Shown here: positions 26,595 through 39,551 of the stretch, one piece after another
How the letters are laid out: each line of letters starts with the position of its first letter
Position numbering within the stretch: position 1 is the first letter of the stretch
NCBI GenBank assembly: GCA_013265495.1
Contig: MU058221.1
Coordinates: forward strand, 5,750,066 to 5,814,065
DNA: 64,000 nt
Direction: 5' to 3'
Origin: Vicugna vicugna
Taxonomy: Eukaryota
Translations under genes and position numbers: made by a program
Notes under the pieces: model-generated
Database searches by the model: none
The model's input: only the letters and a program-made list of their open reading frames with translations
Told to the model about the DNA's origin: nothing

Positions 26595-27670
26595 GATATG
26601 ATAAATAGTGTTTATGAAAAACTACAGCTAAAATAATATATGATGGTGAAATACTTAGTATTTTCTAAGGGAAGGAATAAATCAATTATATTCATATTCT
26701 AAACATATCTACTCAACATACTGGAAGTATAATGAAAAATTATACCAGCATCCAGGAAAAGGTGGCAGGTTAACTTGTTAGCTTGTATATAGAATAAGAT
26801 GCTTATAGAATGCACCTAGAGAATAATTTAGGAGAAAATGTGCAGCCTTAAAAGATTTATTACAAAACAAAGCAAAAAAGGGAATATTTAAGCTAATAAT
26901 AAGCTTAATCAATCAATCAGTAATCAATAAGCTAATAATGTAATAATAAATCTCAGTATACAAAAGGAAGAGATTAATAAAAATAAAAGTTAAAATTAAG
27001 AAATGGAAATGATCAACAAGGTCAAAAGCTTTGAAAAATATTAATTAGTAACACAAACTTATGACAAGACTGATGAAAAGCAAAAGCAAAGTGAATATTA
27101 GGAATGAAGTGAAAATGTACATATAGTAGAGATTTTTAAAATAAAAGAGAATTCTATTAATGTTATTTTAAAACAAATGAAATGGGCAGCATTCTAGAAA
27201 ACTAATTATCAAAATTGACTTTGAAAATCTGGATAAATATTAAAATAATTAAATTGTTAATCAAAAATCTCTGCACCATCCATACCATTTAAAAGGCATC
27301 AGGCACAGACAGCTTTACAGGTGAGTTTGAACCAAATTTAGAAAAGAGACAATTTTTGCAAAAATAGTGAAGAGAATAGAAAACAGATAACTACTCAGTG
27401 GATTTTATATGGCTAGTACACTTGGTATTAAAATCTGATAAGGGCAGTACAAGAAAAGGAAATTATAGGCCAATATTCCTTATATACACACTTGCAAAAA
27501 ATCCTAGATAAAATATTGGCACATTCAAACCCAGCAGTGTATAAAAACTGGTATGTTATGACAAAAAAAATGTTAACTAAGGAACACGAGGCTAGTTTAA
27601 TATCAGAATATTTATACATTAACTCACCGTATTAACAGAAGGCAAAAAAAGTTTAGCTGATCATCTCAAA
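26595..27670 (+). mobile_element. Old L1 ORF2 fragments
   Basis: A-rich ORF2-like sequence including ggaaattataggccaata. Confidence 0.7.
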
Positions 27671-28116
27671 TAGGCATACTTCATTTTACTGTGCTTGGCA
27701 GATACTGTATTTTTTACAAATTGAAGGCTTGTGGCAGCCCTGAATTGTGCAAGTCCATCTGAGCCATTTTCCAACAGCATTTGCTCACTTTGTGTCTGTG
27801 TCACATTTTGGTAATTCTTGTAATATTTCAAACTTTTTCATTATATTTCTTACTGTAACCTCTGATCAGTGGTGATCTTTGATGTTACTGCTACATACAA
27901 CTCACTGAAGGCTCAGATTTTTTTTTAGCAGTATTTTTAAATTAAGGAATGTACTTTTTCTTAGACATAATGCTATTGCACACTTAATAGACTACATTAT
28001 AGTGTAAACATATGCACTGGGAAACAAAAAAAAATCTGTGTGACTTGCTTTATTGTGATATTTGCTTTATTGTAGTGGTCTGGGACTGAATACGCAGTAT
28101 CTCAAAGGTATGCCTG
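27671..28116 (+). mobile_element. Non-autonomous Tigger1 derivative (Tigger1a-like) inserted in L1 ORF2
   Basis: TIRs (t)aggcatac...gtatgcctg followed by TA; flanks rejoin as L1 ORF2. Confidence 0.85.
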
Positions 28117-28159
28117 TATGCAAAAAAAAAAATCATTTAGTAAATTTCAACATAGATTT

Positions 28160-30166
28160 ACAAGTATATTTTACTATTTTTTATTATGGTATATGTAACA
28201 TAAAATGTGCTGTTTTAACCATTTTTAATGTGTACAGTTAAGTGGTATTCACAAGTTTGTGTAACCATCACCATTATCCATTTTCAGAATTTTTTGTCAC
28301 CTCAAACAAAAACTCTGTAACCATTTAGCAACAACTCCTTTTTCTCTCCTACCCCAGCCTCTGATAATCTTTATTTCTGCCTATGAATTTGTGTGTTGTA
28401 GGATGATTCATATAAGTGGAATCAAAATATTTATCCTTTTGTGTCTGGCTTATTTCACTAAGCGTAATGCTTTCAAGGTTCATCCATATTGTAACATGTA
28501 TCAAAACTTTGCTCTTTTATGGGCAAATAATATTCCATTGTTTATATATACCACATTTTGTTAATCCATTCATATGGTGATGGATACCTGAATTGTTTTC
28601 ACCTTTTGGCTATTGTGAATAATGCTGTTATGAACATGAATGTACAAGTATCTCTTTGAGTCCCTATTGTCAGTCCTTTTGGGAACATACCTTGAGGTGG
28701 TAACAAGGTAATTATGTATTTAAATTTTTGAGGTACCACCAAACTGTTTTCTACAGTGGCAGTACTGTTTTACACTTGCACCAGCAATGTGTGATGGTTC
28801 CAATTTCTCCACATCATCACTAACATATGTTATTTTCCATTTTTTAAAAGTATAGCCCATCCTAGTAGGTGTAAAGTGCTGTCTTGTTGTTTGATTTGCC
28901 TGATGATGTTCAGCAAATTTTTATGTGCATATTAGATATCTGAATATCTTTTTTGGAGAAATGTCTATTCAAGTCCTTTGCCCATTTTTTAACTGGGTTG
29001 TTGGTCTTTTAGTTGTTGAGTTGTAAGAGTTCTTTATATATTCTGGATATTAAACCATTATCAGATACATTATTTGCAGATATTTTCTTTTATTCTGTGG
29101 GTTCTCTTTTCATCCTCTTGATAGTGTCCTTTGATAAAAAAAATTTTTATTCTTAATTTTAATTATCTAATTCATCTTTTTCTTTTCTTTTTTGGTTGTG
29201 CTTTTTATATTTAAGAAACCATTGCTAAATCCAAGGTCATGAGATTTGCTCTTATGTTTTCTTCTCTAAGTTTTGTGGTTTAACTCTTAAATTTAGATTT
29301 GATCTATTTTGAGTTAATTTTTGTATGTGGTATAAAGTAAGGGTCAAACTTCATTCATTCATTCAGTCAGTCATTTTGAATATAGATATCTGGTTTTCCA
29401 GCACCATTTGTTGAAAACATTGTTCTTTCCCCACTGAATAGTCTTGGCACCCTAGTCAGAAACAACTGACCATAGTTATGTGGGTTTACTTCTAGACTCT
29501 CAATCTATTCCATTAGTCTTATATAACAGTCTTATGCCAGTACTGCACTGTTTGATTTCTGTAGCTTTGAATTAAGTTTTGAAATCAAGAAGGACCACAG
29601 TCTCCTAACTTGTTCCTTTTCAAGATTTTTTCAATATTCAAGGTCCCTGTGAATTCCATATGAATTTTAAGGTGGGTTTTTCTGTTTCTGGAAAAGAATG
29701 CCATCTGAACTTTGATAGAGATTATTGCATTGAAACTACACGTATTGCTTTGAGTAGTATTGTCATCTTAACAATATTAAGTCCTGTGGTCCATGAACTT
29801 GAGACATCTTTCCATTTATTGGTGTCTTTTCCCCTCCACTTTATGGAGATATAACTGACATATAACATTGTGTAAGTTTAAGACGTACAACATGTTGACT
29901 TCGTACATTTAGATATTTCAAGATGATTGCCTACTGGTGTCTTTAATTTCTTTCAGCCTTGTTTTCTTGTTTTCTGTGTACAAGTCTTGTGCCTCTTTGG
30001 TTAAATTTATTCCTAAGTATTTTATGCTGTTTGATGCTATTCAAAGTGGAATTATTTTTCTTAATTTTGGGGGGTTATTCATTGCTAGTGTGTAGAAATG
30101 CAACTTACTTTTTTTCAATGGATTTTTGCATCCTGAAACTTTGATGAATTTGTTTATCTGCTCTAA

Positions 30167-30197
<31 letters not shown>

Positions 30198-30370
30198 CTT
30201 AAGAATTTTCAACATGTAAGATTATGTAATCTATGAGTAGGGATAATTTTACATCTTCCTTTTCAATCTGGGTACCTTTAATTTCTTTTCCTGCCTAATT
30301 GCTCTGGCTAGAACTTGCAGTTCCATGTTGAATAAAAGCCAGGCATTCTTGTCTTGTTTGCAATCTTTTT
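28160..30370 (-). mobile_element. L1MA/MB-type 3' portion
   Basis: Antisense L1 3'UTR and ORF2 sequence. Confidence 0.88.
30167..30194. repeat. (GT)n microsatellite
   Basis: About 14 consecutive GT units. Confidence 0.95.
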
Positions 30371-30959
30371 TTTCTTTTCTGCCTATGCTCTTAAATTAAA
30401 ATAAATCTAAACAGTTCTGCCCATGCCCCCTTCCCTGCATTTTCCTGACACACTTTTTTACCCATTCTAGACAATGAGGAAGGCTATTTCCCAGAAGAAC
30501 TAGCTTGGGTCCATTTTGCACTTTGTAATCCCTCAGACTTCCCTCCCTACCCCCAGCGGTCAGTTTCTCACCTTACCATCTCCTTTGACTTTTATTGTCT
30601 TGTTAAACAACAATTTCTTCTCTTTCTCTAGGGCCCAAGACTGGGAGTTTGGCTGGTTGGCTGGTTGGTTGATTTCTAAAGGAAAAACTAAGTTTGATCA
30701 TTTAATAAGTGTGTAGTGTATGGAAGATGCCAGAGGAATCACCTAGTTCAGATATTAAGAGTAACTGGGCTCAGTGAAATCAGTAGTAACTTTTTTTCTT
30801 TTTCTTTTTTTTTAAGTCCCTCATCACCTCAATAGTAATAAACAGGAATGGATGCTTACTGTGAACCAGGCACTTTATTGAGCACTTTTTCATGTTGCAT
30901 CGCAATCTTGCAACAACTTAATGAAGCAGCTGCCATTATTTCCTCTTTTAGAGATGAGG

Positions 30960-33090
30960 ACATGCAGATACACACATACTCACGAGATATACATGTAAGA
31001 GACTGTATGGTATTTTTCTTTCTCTGATTGACATATTTCACTTAGCATAATGCCATCAAAGGCCATCCATGTCATCACAAATGGCAAGATTGCATTCCTT
31101 TTTATGGCTTAATAACATTCCATTATCTATATACCACAATTTCTGTATCCATTCATCCATCAATGAACATTTAGGTTGTTTCCATATCTTGGCTATTGTA
31201 AATAATGCTGCAGTGAACATGGGGGTGCACGTATCTTTTTGAGTTAGTGTCTTAATTTTCTTCGAATACCAAGAAGTAGCACTGATGTATCATATAGTAG
31301 TTCTATTCTTAATTTTTTTGAGGAATCTTCATGTTTTCCATAGTGGCTACACCAATTTGCATTCCTGCCAGCACTGCACAAGGGTTTTCTCTGTATCTTT
31401 GCAACAAGTTTTATTTCTTGTCTTTTTTTTATAATAGCCATTCTACAGGTGTGAGGTGATCTCATTGTAGTTTTGTGTTTTCCTAATGATTAATGATGTT
31501 GAGCATCTTTTCATGTACCCGTTGACCATCTGTATGCTTTCTTTGGAAAAATGTCTTTTCAGGTCTTCTACTCATTTTAAATCAGATTGCTTCTTTTTTT
31601 GCTATTGAGTTGCATGGGTTCTTTATATTGGATATTAACCCCTAATCAGACACATGATTTGCAACTATTTTTCTCCTACTCAGTAGGAAGCTCTTATTTT
31701 GTTGATGGTTTCCTTTGCTGTGCAGAAGCTTTTTTAGCTTGATGTAGTCCCACTTGTTTTTGTTGATTTTACTTTTTGTATCAGATTCAGAACATCATGG
31801 CCAAGACCTATGTCAAGGAACTTAACCACCTATGTTTCCTTCTAGGAGTTTTATGGTTTCAGGTCTTACATTTAGCTCTTTAATCCATTTTGAGTTAATT
31901 TGTGTATATGATATAAGAAAGTGGTCCAATTTCATTCTTTTGCATGTGGCTGTGTAGTTTTCGCAAAACCATTTATTGAAGAGACCATTTTTCCCTCCTT
32001 GTGTATTCATGGCTTGATTGTGATCATAAGTTTCAAAAGCTTTCAGTTTTTCATGTTGAGCATGCTATTAGCTGTGCATTTTTTTGTATTACGTTCTGTG
32101 TTATGTTGAAGCAGTTCCCTTCTATTCCTAGTTTACTGAGTGTTTTCCATCCTGAAAGAGTTTTGTATTTTGCCAAATGTCTTTTCTGCATAAATTGAGA
32201 AGATTATGTGGTTTTCTTCCTTCATTCTTTTTAGTATGGTTTGTTACTTTGATTGATTTTCATATTCCATTCCTGGGGTAATTCTCACTTGGTCATGGCA
32301 TACAATCCTATTCAGATTTCCAACTCTTCAGTTTTGGTAGTTTGTTTCTAGGGATTTTTCCATTTCACTTAGGTTATCCAATTTGTTGGCACATAGTTGT
32401 TCATATTATTTTTTCTTTCTTTTAACTTTTAAATTGAAGTATATACTTAGTTCATAGTGTGTCAGTTTCTGGTGTACAGCATAATGTTTCAGTCATACAT
32501 ATACATACATATATTCTTTTTCATGTTCTTTTTCATTAAAGGTTACTCTAAGATATTGAATATAGTTCCCTGTGCTGTACAAAAGAAACTTCCTGTTTAT
32601 TTTATACATAGTAGCTAATATTTACAAACATCAAACTCCCAGCTTACCCCTTCCCACCCCTTTCCCCCCAGTGACTGTAAGTTTATGATGCCTGTGAATA
32701 TTATTTTCTTAAAATCCTTCTCTGTAAAGTTGGTAGTAATGTTCCGTCTGATTTTAGTAACTTGAGTCTTCTCACTCCTCCTTCCCCTCCCTCTCCGCTC
32801 CCTTTTAGTCAATCTAGCTAAAGATGAGTTTTGTTGATCTTTCATAAAATCATCTTCTGGTTTTGTTGATTTTCTCTAGTGTTTTTCAAATTTCATTTAT
32901 TTCCATTCTCAGTTTTTAGCTTCTTCCTTCTAGCTTTGGGTTGTTTGCTTTTCTTTCTCTAGTTGCTTAAAATGTACTTACTGGTAGTTGACTTGGGGTA
33001 TTTTTCTTTTACAATGTAGGCATTTACAGCAGCAAATCTTCCTCAGAGCACTATTTTTGCTGCATCCCGTTATGTTCTGGCATGTTGTCT
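30960..33090 (-). mobile_element. Cluster of nested antisense L1 fragments, including a younger L1 3' end at about 32420-32690
   Basis: ORF 31822..32010 reads LFNKW...[25 protein letters not shown], typical of L1 ORF2. Confidence 0.8.
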
Positions 33091-33680
33091 TTACAAAACC
33101 CAAAACACTGACATCATCAAATGCTGGTGAAGATGTGGAGCAAGAGGAAGTCTCATCATTGCTGGTGGGAATGCAGAACGATAGAGCCACCCTGGAAGCC
33201 AGTTTGTCAGTGTTTTACAAAACTAGACACACTCTTACCATACGATCCAGCAGCTATGCTCCATGGTATTCCCCTAAATGAGGTGAAACACATGTCCACC
33301 CAAAGACCTGCACACAGACGTGCACAGCTTTATTCCTAACCGCCAAAACTTTGCAGTGACCAAGGTGTCCTTCAGAAGGTGAATCGATAGTGTAGCGCAT
33401 GCCGACAATGGAGTATCATTCAGCGCTAAAAGGAAATGAGCTGTCAAGCCAGGAAAAGACATGGAGGAAACTTACACGCACACTACTAAGAGTAAGAAAA
33501 CAATATGAAAGGGCTACATACTCTATGATTCCAGGAATAAATGTACTTCTGTGGCGAGACGCCAATACATACAAGTGGGAAACTGGGCGTGTGTCAGGGA
33601 AAGAGGTATACATGGGAATTCAACAGTTTCTGCTCGGTTGTGCTCTGAACCTAAAACTTCTCTAAAAATAATGTTTACTT
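33090..33680 (+). mobile_element. L1MC/ME-type 3' end
   Basis: ORF2 C-terminal remnant LPYDPA...MEYHSALK. Confidence 0.8.
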
Positions 33681-34600
33681 AAGAAACAAACTGTGTCCTG
33701 AAGATGAAGTGAGGAGTAACAGGATGGTCCAATGGATTCGCGATTCCCATTTTGCAGGATGAGCCTAGAAGGCCCTCACTGTAGCAACATCTGACACATC
33801 AGGGTTTCTCTATACAATCTACAAAAACCAACCTGTGAGGGAGCGGCTGGGTGATTTTCCTACCTGGTTAGTTTAGGGCAACAAGACTTGGACCAGAGGG
33901 ACGCAGGCTGAACCCCAGTTCGGCCAGTTCATGACACTGATTCAGGATGTGTCACTTCAGCAAGCTGGGCTATTCTCCTAATTGGTGAAGATAATAATCA
34001 CATATGTTAAATGACTTTGTAAAGTATCAAAAACATACAAATATAAACTGCTACTGCTGAATTATTTAAAAACATAACTTGGAAATGTGCAAGCACTGTT
34101 CATGATGCATGACCACACCCTGGCTCTCTCACCTGTCAGCTCCCGGCTCTGGGAAAGCACTGGCGTGTACGCTCATGGCTCATGCACCCAAAGCAAGCGG
34201 CTCAGTGCAGGCAAGGCAGTCAGAGGGTGAGAGAGTCCGAATCTCACCGCCTCCTGCAACTTGCAGGAAGAAAAGCTACGGATGCACACGCACCCGCCTC
34301 AGGACATACACAATACAGCCCTCCAGACGACAAGACAAGGGCGCACAGTTCCCAAGCGTCCTTTTGGTTACACAGACGACAAAAAGCAGAGGAGAGGCTT
34401 GCACACCGCATCTGTGAAGGCTGGGGCGCAGCGCCCACAGAGCAGAGGCCCCTTCTGCTGCGCTTCCAAGTCCCATAATGCCTTGCTGCCGCACATCTTC
34501 TCTTTCAAAGGCCAACATATGAAGTAATTTGGGACAGCAAACACCATGAAAGTTCACTGTGCCTGACAATCTACAGTGAGACCAAGTGTTAAAGCAGAAA

Positions 34601-34606
34601 TTTATT
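34601..34606 (-). terminator. CHMP3 proximal polyadenylation signal AATAAA
   Basis: tttatt on + about 360 nt past the stop codon, with upstream UGUA and U-rich elements on the - strand. Confidence 0.7.
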
Positions 34607-34962
34607 AAAATCCATTTATATAGTGTTTTACAGGCAAAAAAAAAAAATGTACAGAGTCCTCAAAATTCAGGCAATCAATTCGGAAGAGCTTCGCAAGAAG
34701 ACAGATTTCTTTGCCCTCACCCAGAAAAAGATACTGCAGTATGTGCTCCTGGAAAGGGTGCATTTATTACACCGCCTCTCAAGCACAGTCCTACCGAGAT
34801 CCCCAAGCCTCCGCAGAGAGCGACGAGAGATGAGCAGAGCCCGCTCTTCGGGGCGCGGCGCCCACCCCCTCCCCGGGAGGTGTAGTGTGACAGCGCGGCA
34901 GGGCGGGGCCCAGCCGGCGTGGGGGCCCAGCGCCCCGGGTGCCCCGGCTCCCGGCGGCAGCC

Positions 34963-35108
34963 CTAGCTGCGCAGCGTGGCCAGGCGGGACTGCATGGCCT
35001 CCAAGGCCTCCTCCTCCTCCTCCTCCTCCTCGGACGCGGCCATGGCCCCCGGCAGCTCGGGCTCCGGGAGGGCGTCGGGCACTTTACTGGGGGCTTTGCC
35101 CAGGGCGC
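34963..35108 (-). CDS. CHMP3: CHMP3 exon 6 CDS: ALGKAPSKVPDALPEPELPGAMAASEEEEEEEEALEAMQSRLATLRS* (C-terminal MIM1-type motif)
   Basis: ttgcag|GCGCC; TAG at 34965-34963. Confidence 0.96.
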
Positions 35109-35627
35109 CTGCAAAGAGACGGCACACAGATCAGCGAGGCGGTCCCTCATCCCCCCTGCCTTTCACACCCGGTCAGTCTGACAGGAAAGAAAAGGGGCGA
35201 TGAAACGGCCGTGGGGTTCTGCTCACTGCGACGAATGTGCCAACACCAGCTTCTAATGACACCAACGTCATAATGACTAAGGATTTAGACTTTAAAAATC
35301 TGGGTTCTAAAGCTCTTGATCCGAATTCCTAAACACCACTGAGTACTTAATTTTCAAGATTCATGAAGATGTTAAATATTCTTTCAGTAAAACTCAATTG
35401 TTTCCGAATCTTCATAAACCGTTTTTCTGGAATAACTAGTCATCTTTTTCCCAAAAGTTTAAAACAAATAAATAAACAAGAGTTAAATCTTGTCGATTTT
35501 ATTTTTTATGAAACAGAAAATTCAGAAGTAAAAAAGTTTAAAAACTCATTAACTGTCACTCAGAGATAACTACTGCTTTTATTTAACCCCCTTTCAGACT
35601 TTTTCTGTAGGTATGTTTTTTAAAACA

Positions 35628-35787
35628 AGGGAAATATACACAAAATGTTATGATAAATCACAGAGAAAAAAATGTGACAATGAGTGTGTATATGTCCATG
35701 AATGACTGAAAAATTGTGCTGAACACTGGAATTTGACACAACATTGTAAAATGATTATAAATCAATAAAAAATGTTAAAAAAAAAAA
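35628..35787 (+). mobile_element. Young, strongly 5'-truncated lineage-specific L1 3' end
   Basis: 3'UTR related to 51590-51700 (gactgaa...tgtgctg.acac...ttgacacaacattgtaaa), AATAAA at 35764, A11 tail. Confidence 0.85.
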
Positions 35788-36592
35788 GAAATAAACTTAA
35801 TGTTCAAAAATACAATGAATTATTTAAATTGATAGTATCTAACCAATATATTATTCAACAATTTAAATATTCATTTATAAGTTATATGTTAGCAGTTAAT
35901 TACAAAATGAAGCACACAGAATTGTATCTCTATAATGTTTTAAAAATATTTTTGTAAACCTATGTATAGAAAACAAAACAGGAAAAATATAACAAAATGT
36001 TAACATAAATAGATTTCTAAAAATTCAAAAAAAAAAAAAGTGTGTATTTCAGTAACAGTGCTTTCTTCACATAATATATTGGGAACATCTTTCCACGTCA
36101 TTAAATACCTTTCTGTGTTATCTATCATAATTATGAGGTATTCCATTATAATAGGTGTAACGTAATTAACTCAACCAATATTCTATTATTACGCATTTAG
36201 CTTGTTTCAAACTTTTCAATATCATAAATAACGCTACTATGGACATCCTTGAGTTAACTCTTTCAGCACATCCTTAATTGCTAGGGTAACCTCCCAGAAG
36301 CCACGCTCAGGTCAAGAGTTTCAGACAGTTACTGCCGAACTGCCAGGAAAGCCTGTACCACGTTAAGCTCCCAACAGCAGTGTGTGAGAGCAAAAAGTCA
36401 GTCTATCTCTGCGTTTTTTAAAAGATGGTTATAGACACCATCCTTATTTTTTCAAGTAACAACTTGATAATCTAAAACAAGAAATGTAGAAGTATGGGAG
36501 TTACAGCCTAAAGAAAAAGCAGTTAATTCTGTGAACGTGGGAAGAACCACTGTAAGAGGAGGAGAGAGAGAGAGGAAGATCTCAGGTCATAC

Positions 36593-36707
36593 CTGCTGTG
36601 ATTTCAAACAGAATTTTGTCAATTTCCATTTCTGCTGCTTCCTCCATTTCTTCCTGATCGTCCATGCTCTCAAAAGTGTCCTCTAACATCTCTTCTATGA
36701 TCCCAGC
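36593..36707 (-). CDS. CHMP3: CHMP3 exon 5: AGIIEEMLEDTFESMDDQEEMEEAAEMEIDKILFEITA
   Basis: tttag|GCTGG ... GCAG|gtatga. Confidence 0.97.
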
Positions 36708-38812
36708 CTAAACACAGAATAAACCACGTCACTTCCCGCAACGGTTCATCTGTTCCCAGCAGACACACCTATGGGTCCAGCACCAGCCGAGCTCTGGTGG
36801 CCCAAGTCGAGTCCACCCTTTCAAGTGCTGACCTGCAGACGGCTGGCCACAGGAAGCACTGGGTGCCGTCTGCCCTCTTTGCAGGAAGGCCAAAGGCCAA
36901 AGAGACACTGCTCTCCAAATTTCGCACCAAGGTTGGAGAGGGGCCTCCAGCAGCAGAGCTTCACAAAGTAACTTGGATGATAATGGCAGCGCACGGGGAA
37001 CAACTTGCTGGGATGAGAGTGTGCTGTCTTAGGAAGCATTTACCTGAACATCGCTAATCTATGAGTGCAGGAGTTGAAACACAGTATGAAAGTTGGCTGG
37101 AGTAGGTAGGCACTATGATGACAAATACCAAGAGCCCAGGGGGCTCCAGGAAACCCCGAAAAGAGCTGTCCAAGTTATAGCTGCTGGCACAGGGTCAGTC
37201 TGGTGGGCCTGGCAAGGATGAATCAATTCACCAAAGCCTGAGATAACTGACAAGACTGCATTTCTGGACCAGAAAGGCAGTGCCCACACTGTCCACTGGG
37301 AGCCCGGTGCCTGGCAGCCTCCTCTGTTCTCAAGGTCACACAGCCCCACTACAGGCACAAGAAGAACGCTCCCTAACACCGGCCAACGCAAGCAGGCCCT
37401 GAAGTCTTCCTGGCTGAGCGGTGTCATAGGAGTGGAAGGTCACAGGCGGCAGCTCCGGCCCCGGCTCCCCTGCACTCAGGCAGGGCAGGGCTCTCACTGA
37501 CCATGCTGATGGCACCAGATTTAACGCAGGCCCTCTCCTCTCCTGCCTGCCTTTTGGGTCAGACCACTCAAGTGACTCTCAATGACATGACTCTGGCCAG
37601 CACCACATTCTGCCCATCCTCAGACCAAAATGAACAAGTAAACACAGTCACTTTCAAGGTCACACATGGAGCCCTCTGGCCTCGGTGAATGGATGTCATC
37701 TTGGTGCTGGAGGCTACTATAGAAGAGGGTCCATACATACTAAGCAGGTTAGAAGAGCCTACAGGAACCCAGACTTGAACAGCCCTCCACAGCTTGGAGG
37801 CACAAGTGGCCATTCATTTATCCAATTCATTCATCCAACCAGCAGCCATTTGCCAGTGCCCGCTCTGTGCGGCACAGCAGGCTAGGTCTGGAGACAAACG
37901 GAATGACTAAGATCATGTCCTGGTCCTCAACGAGCCAGGGCCCCCCCGAGGTTTCAGTCTGAACCAGGGGATGCATCCCTGGATAAATTCAGGAAATATT
38001 TACTGTCTACCACATGCAGGGCCTCCTCCACATTTGTATTATTTTCAGGATTCAGGAACTTTTTTGAAAAAGATCCCGCATACCAAAAAAACAAAGGCTT
38101 CCCCCCTCAGACCCTGGAGGCTGCAAGAGTCAGAGTGAGCAGGCCTGAAGTCACTCCAAGAACTGCCCAGTGACCCGGTCCTAGATGGCAGGTGCAAACT
38201 CGGGGGATGGACGTCCGCACACCGCTTCTGAAGGACACACCCAGCTGACCGGGTTCTCCTACTGCCTGCCCCGGGATTTCTCATTCTGAAGACCTGGGCT
38301 CCGGGCTTCTCATGTTGCCTTTCTGTTCCGTCGGTCTTCTCCTCCAGTCCCTCACTTTCATGCCCTACAGCCCTGTATACAGTCAAGTTCATACATAAAA
38401 TTCCCAAGAAGGAAGGGTGGCAATTTCTATGCACAGACTGTACACAAGAATTTGAGGTGTACAGTCTTGGCTCTCAGGCCACAGGGGGGCCCTTCCTATC
38501 CCCATGTCCTCTGAGGCAGCTCAGGCACCTGTGTGCCCCACCCCAGATCTGCCACTTACTACCAAGGTCCCTCAGGGAAGCGACCTGGCACCTGAAGTCT
38601 CAGCTTCCTACTGCCGTGTAAAACGGGGGCTGGGGAGACTCCAGCACAGCCTGTGTGTGGTGCCGCTGGCCGGCAGTGGGCTCAGAGCTGTGCCCCGCTG
38701 AGCCCTGGCTCCCACTGGAAGGCCACCAGTATAGGTCCCTGCCAGGCCCCGATCCGGGGCGGGGGGGGGGGGGGCAGGTGTTTACTGCTTTCTACTGGGT
38801 TCTTGTCTGAAA

Positions 38813-39035
38813 CAGGGGTCAGCCAACTACAGCCTGTGGGCCAAACCCAGTCCACTGCCCACTTTTATAAATAAAGTTTTATTAGAACACAGTCATGCAC
38901 TTTTGTGTACATATTATCTACTGCTGCTTTCACGCTACAAAGCAGGGCTGAGTAGTTACAACAGAGATGTGTGGCCCATAAAGTAGAAAATACGTTTAGT
39001 ATCCAGCTCTTTACAAAAACGTTTGCCAACCCCTG
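38813..39035 (+). mobile_element. MER58A-like hAT MITE
   Basis: TIRs caggggtcagccaac / tttgccaacccctg; imperfect 8-bp TSD gtctgaaa / gtctagaa. Confidence 0.85.
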
Positions 39036-39429
39036 GTCTAGAACCACCCCCCTTGCCAGCTTCACAGACACGCCCCTGGATCAAACAGACGAACCTGGGG
39101 CTTTTCCTGTTTCCTTGTTCATGTCCTCATAAACCCTAGCTCCCTGAATGCTAGACATTGCTCCCTGGATCCCCCACCTCGCCCAGAGGCCTGGGTATAT
39201 TATAACTTACACTTCTTCTAAGGAACAGTCTGGCAATCTGACCCAGCCTCTGACATGCTCAGCTCAGACGGTTTCAACCAGCATTAACAGCTGCTTCTCT
39301 GTCTGCAAAACCATTTCCGTCTGGTAACAGTGGTCTGTCTATTCCTGCCCAGCCCTGGAGACCCCCTGCCACTTGCTGAGAGTGACTCTTAGTGCTTTGG
39401 AGTGGGATGCGGGGTCAGCCCCAGGTCAC

Positions 39430-39551
39430 CTTCATCATCTCTTTGGACAGCTCTCGCATGGTGGCCTGGATTTCTGGGATCTTCACAAGACTCTGCATGG
39501 CCTTCATCACCTCTGTGCTCTTCTGCAGGGAACCAGCCACTCGCAAAACCG
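39430..39551 (-). CDS. CHMP3: CHMP3 exon 4: VLRVAGSLQKSTEVMKAMQ...ELSKEMMK
   Basis: tttcag|CGGTT ... AAG|gtgacc. Confidence 0.97.

Noticed and set aside
34623..35273. 216-aa + strand ORF antisense to CHMP3 exon 6
   Set aside because: Non-ATG start and low-complexity Pro/Ala/Gly/Arg product; explained by stop depletion in GC-rich DNA opposite a real exon
38755..38774. Long poly-G run
   Set aside because: Simple homopolymer of unreliable length with no supporting context
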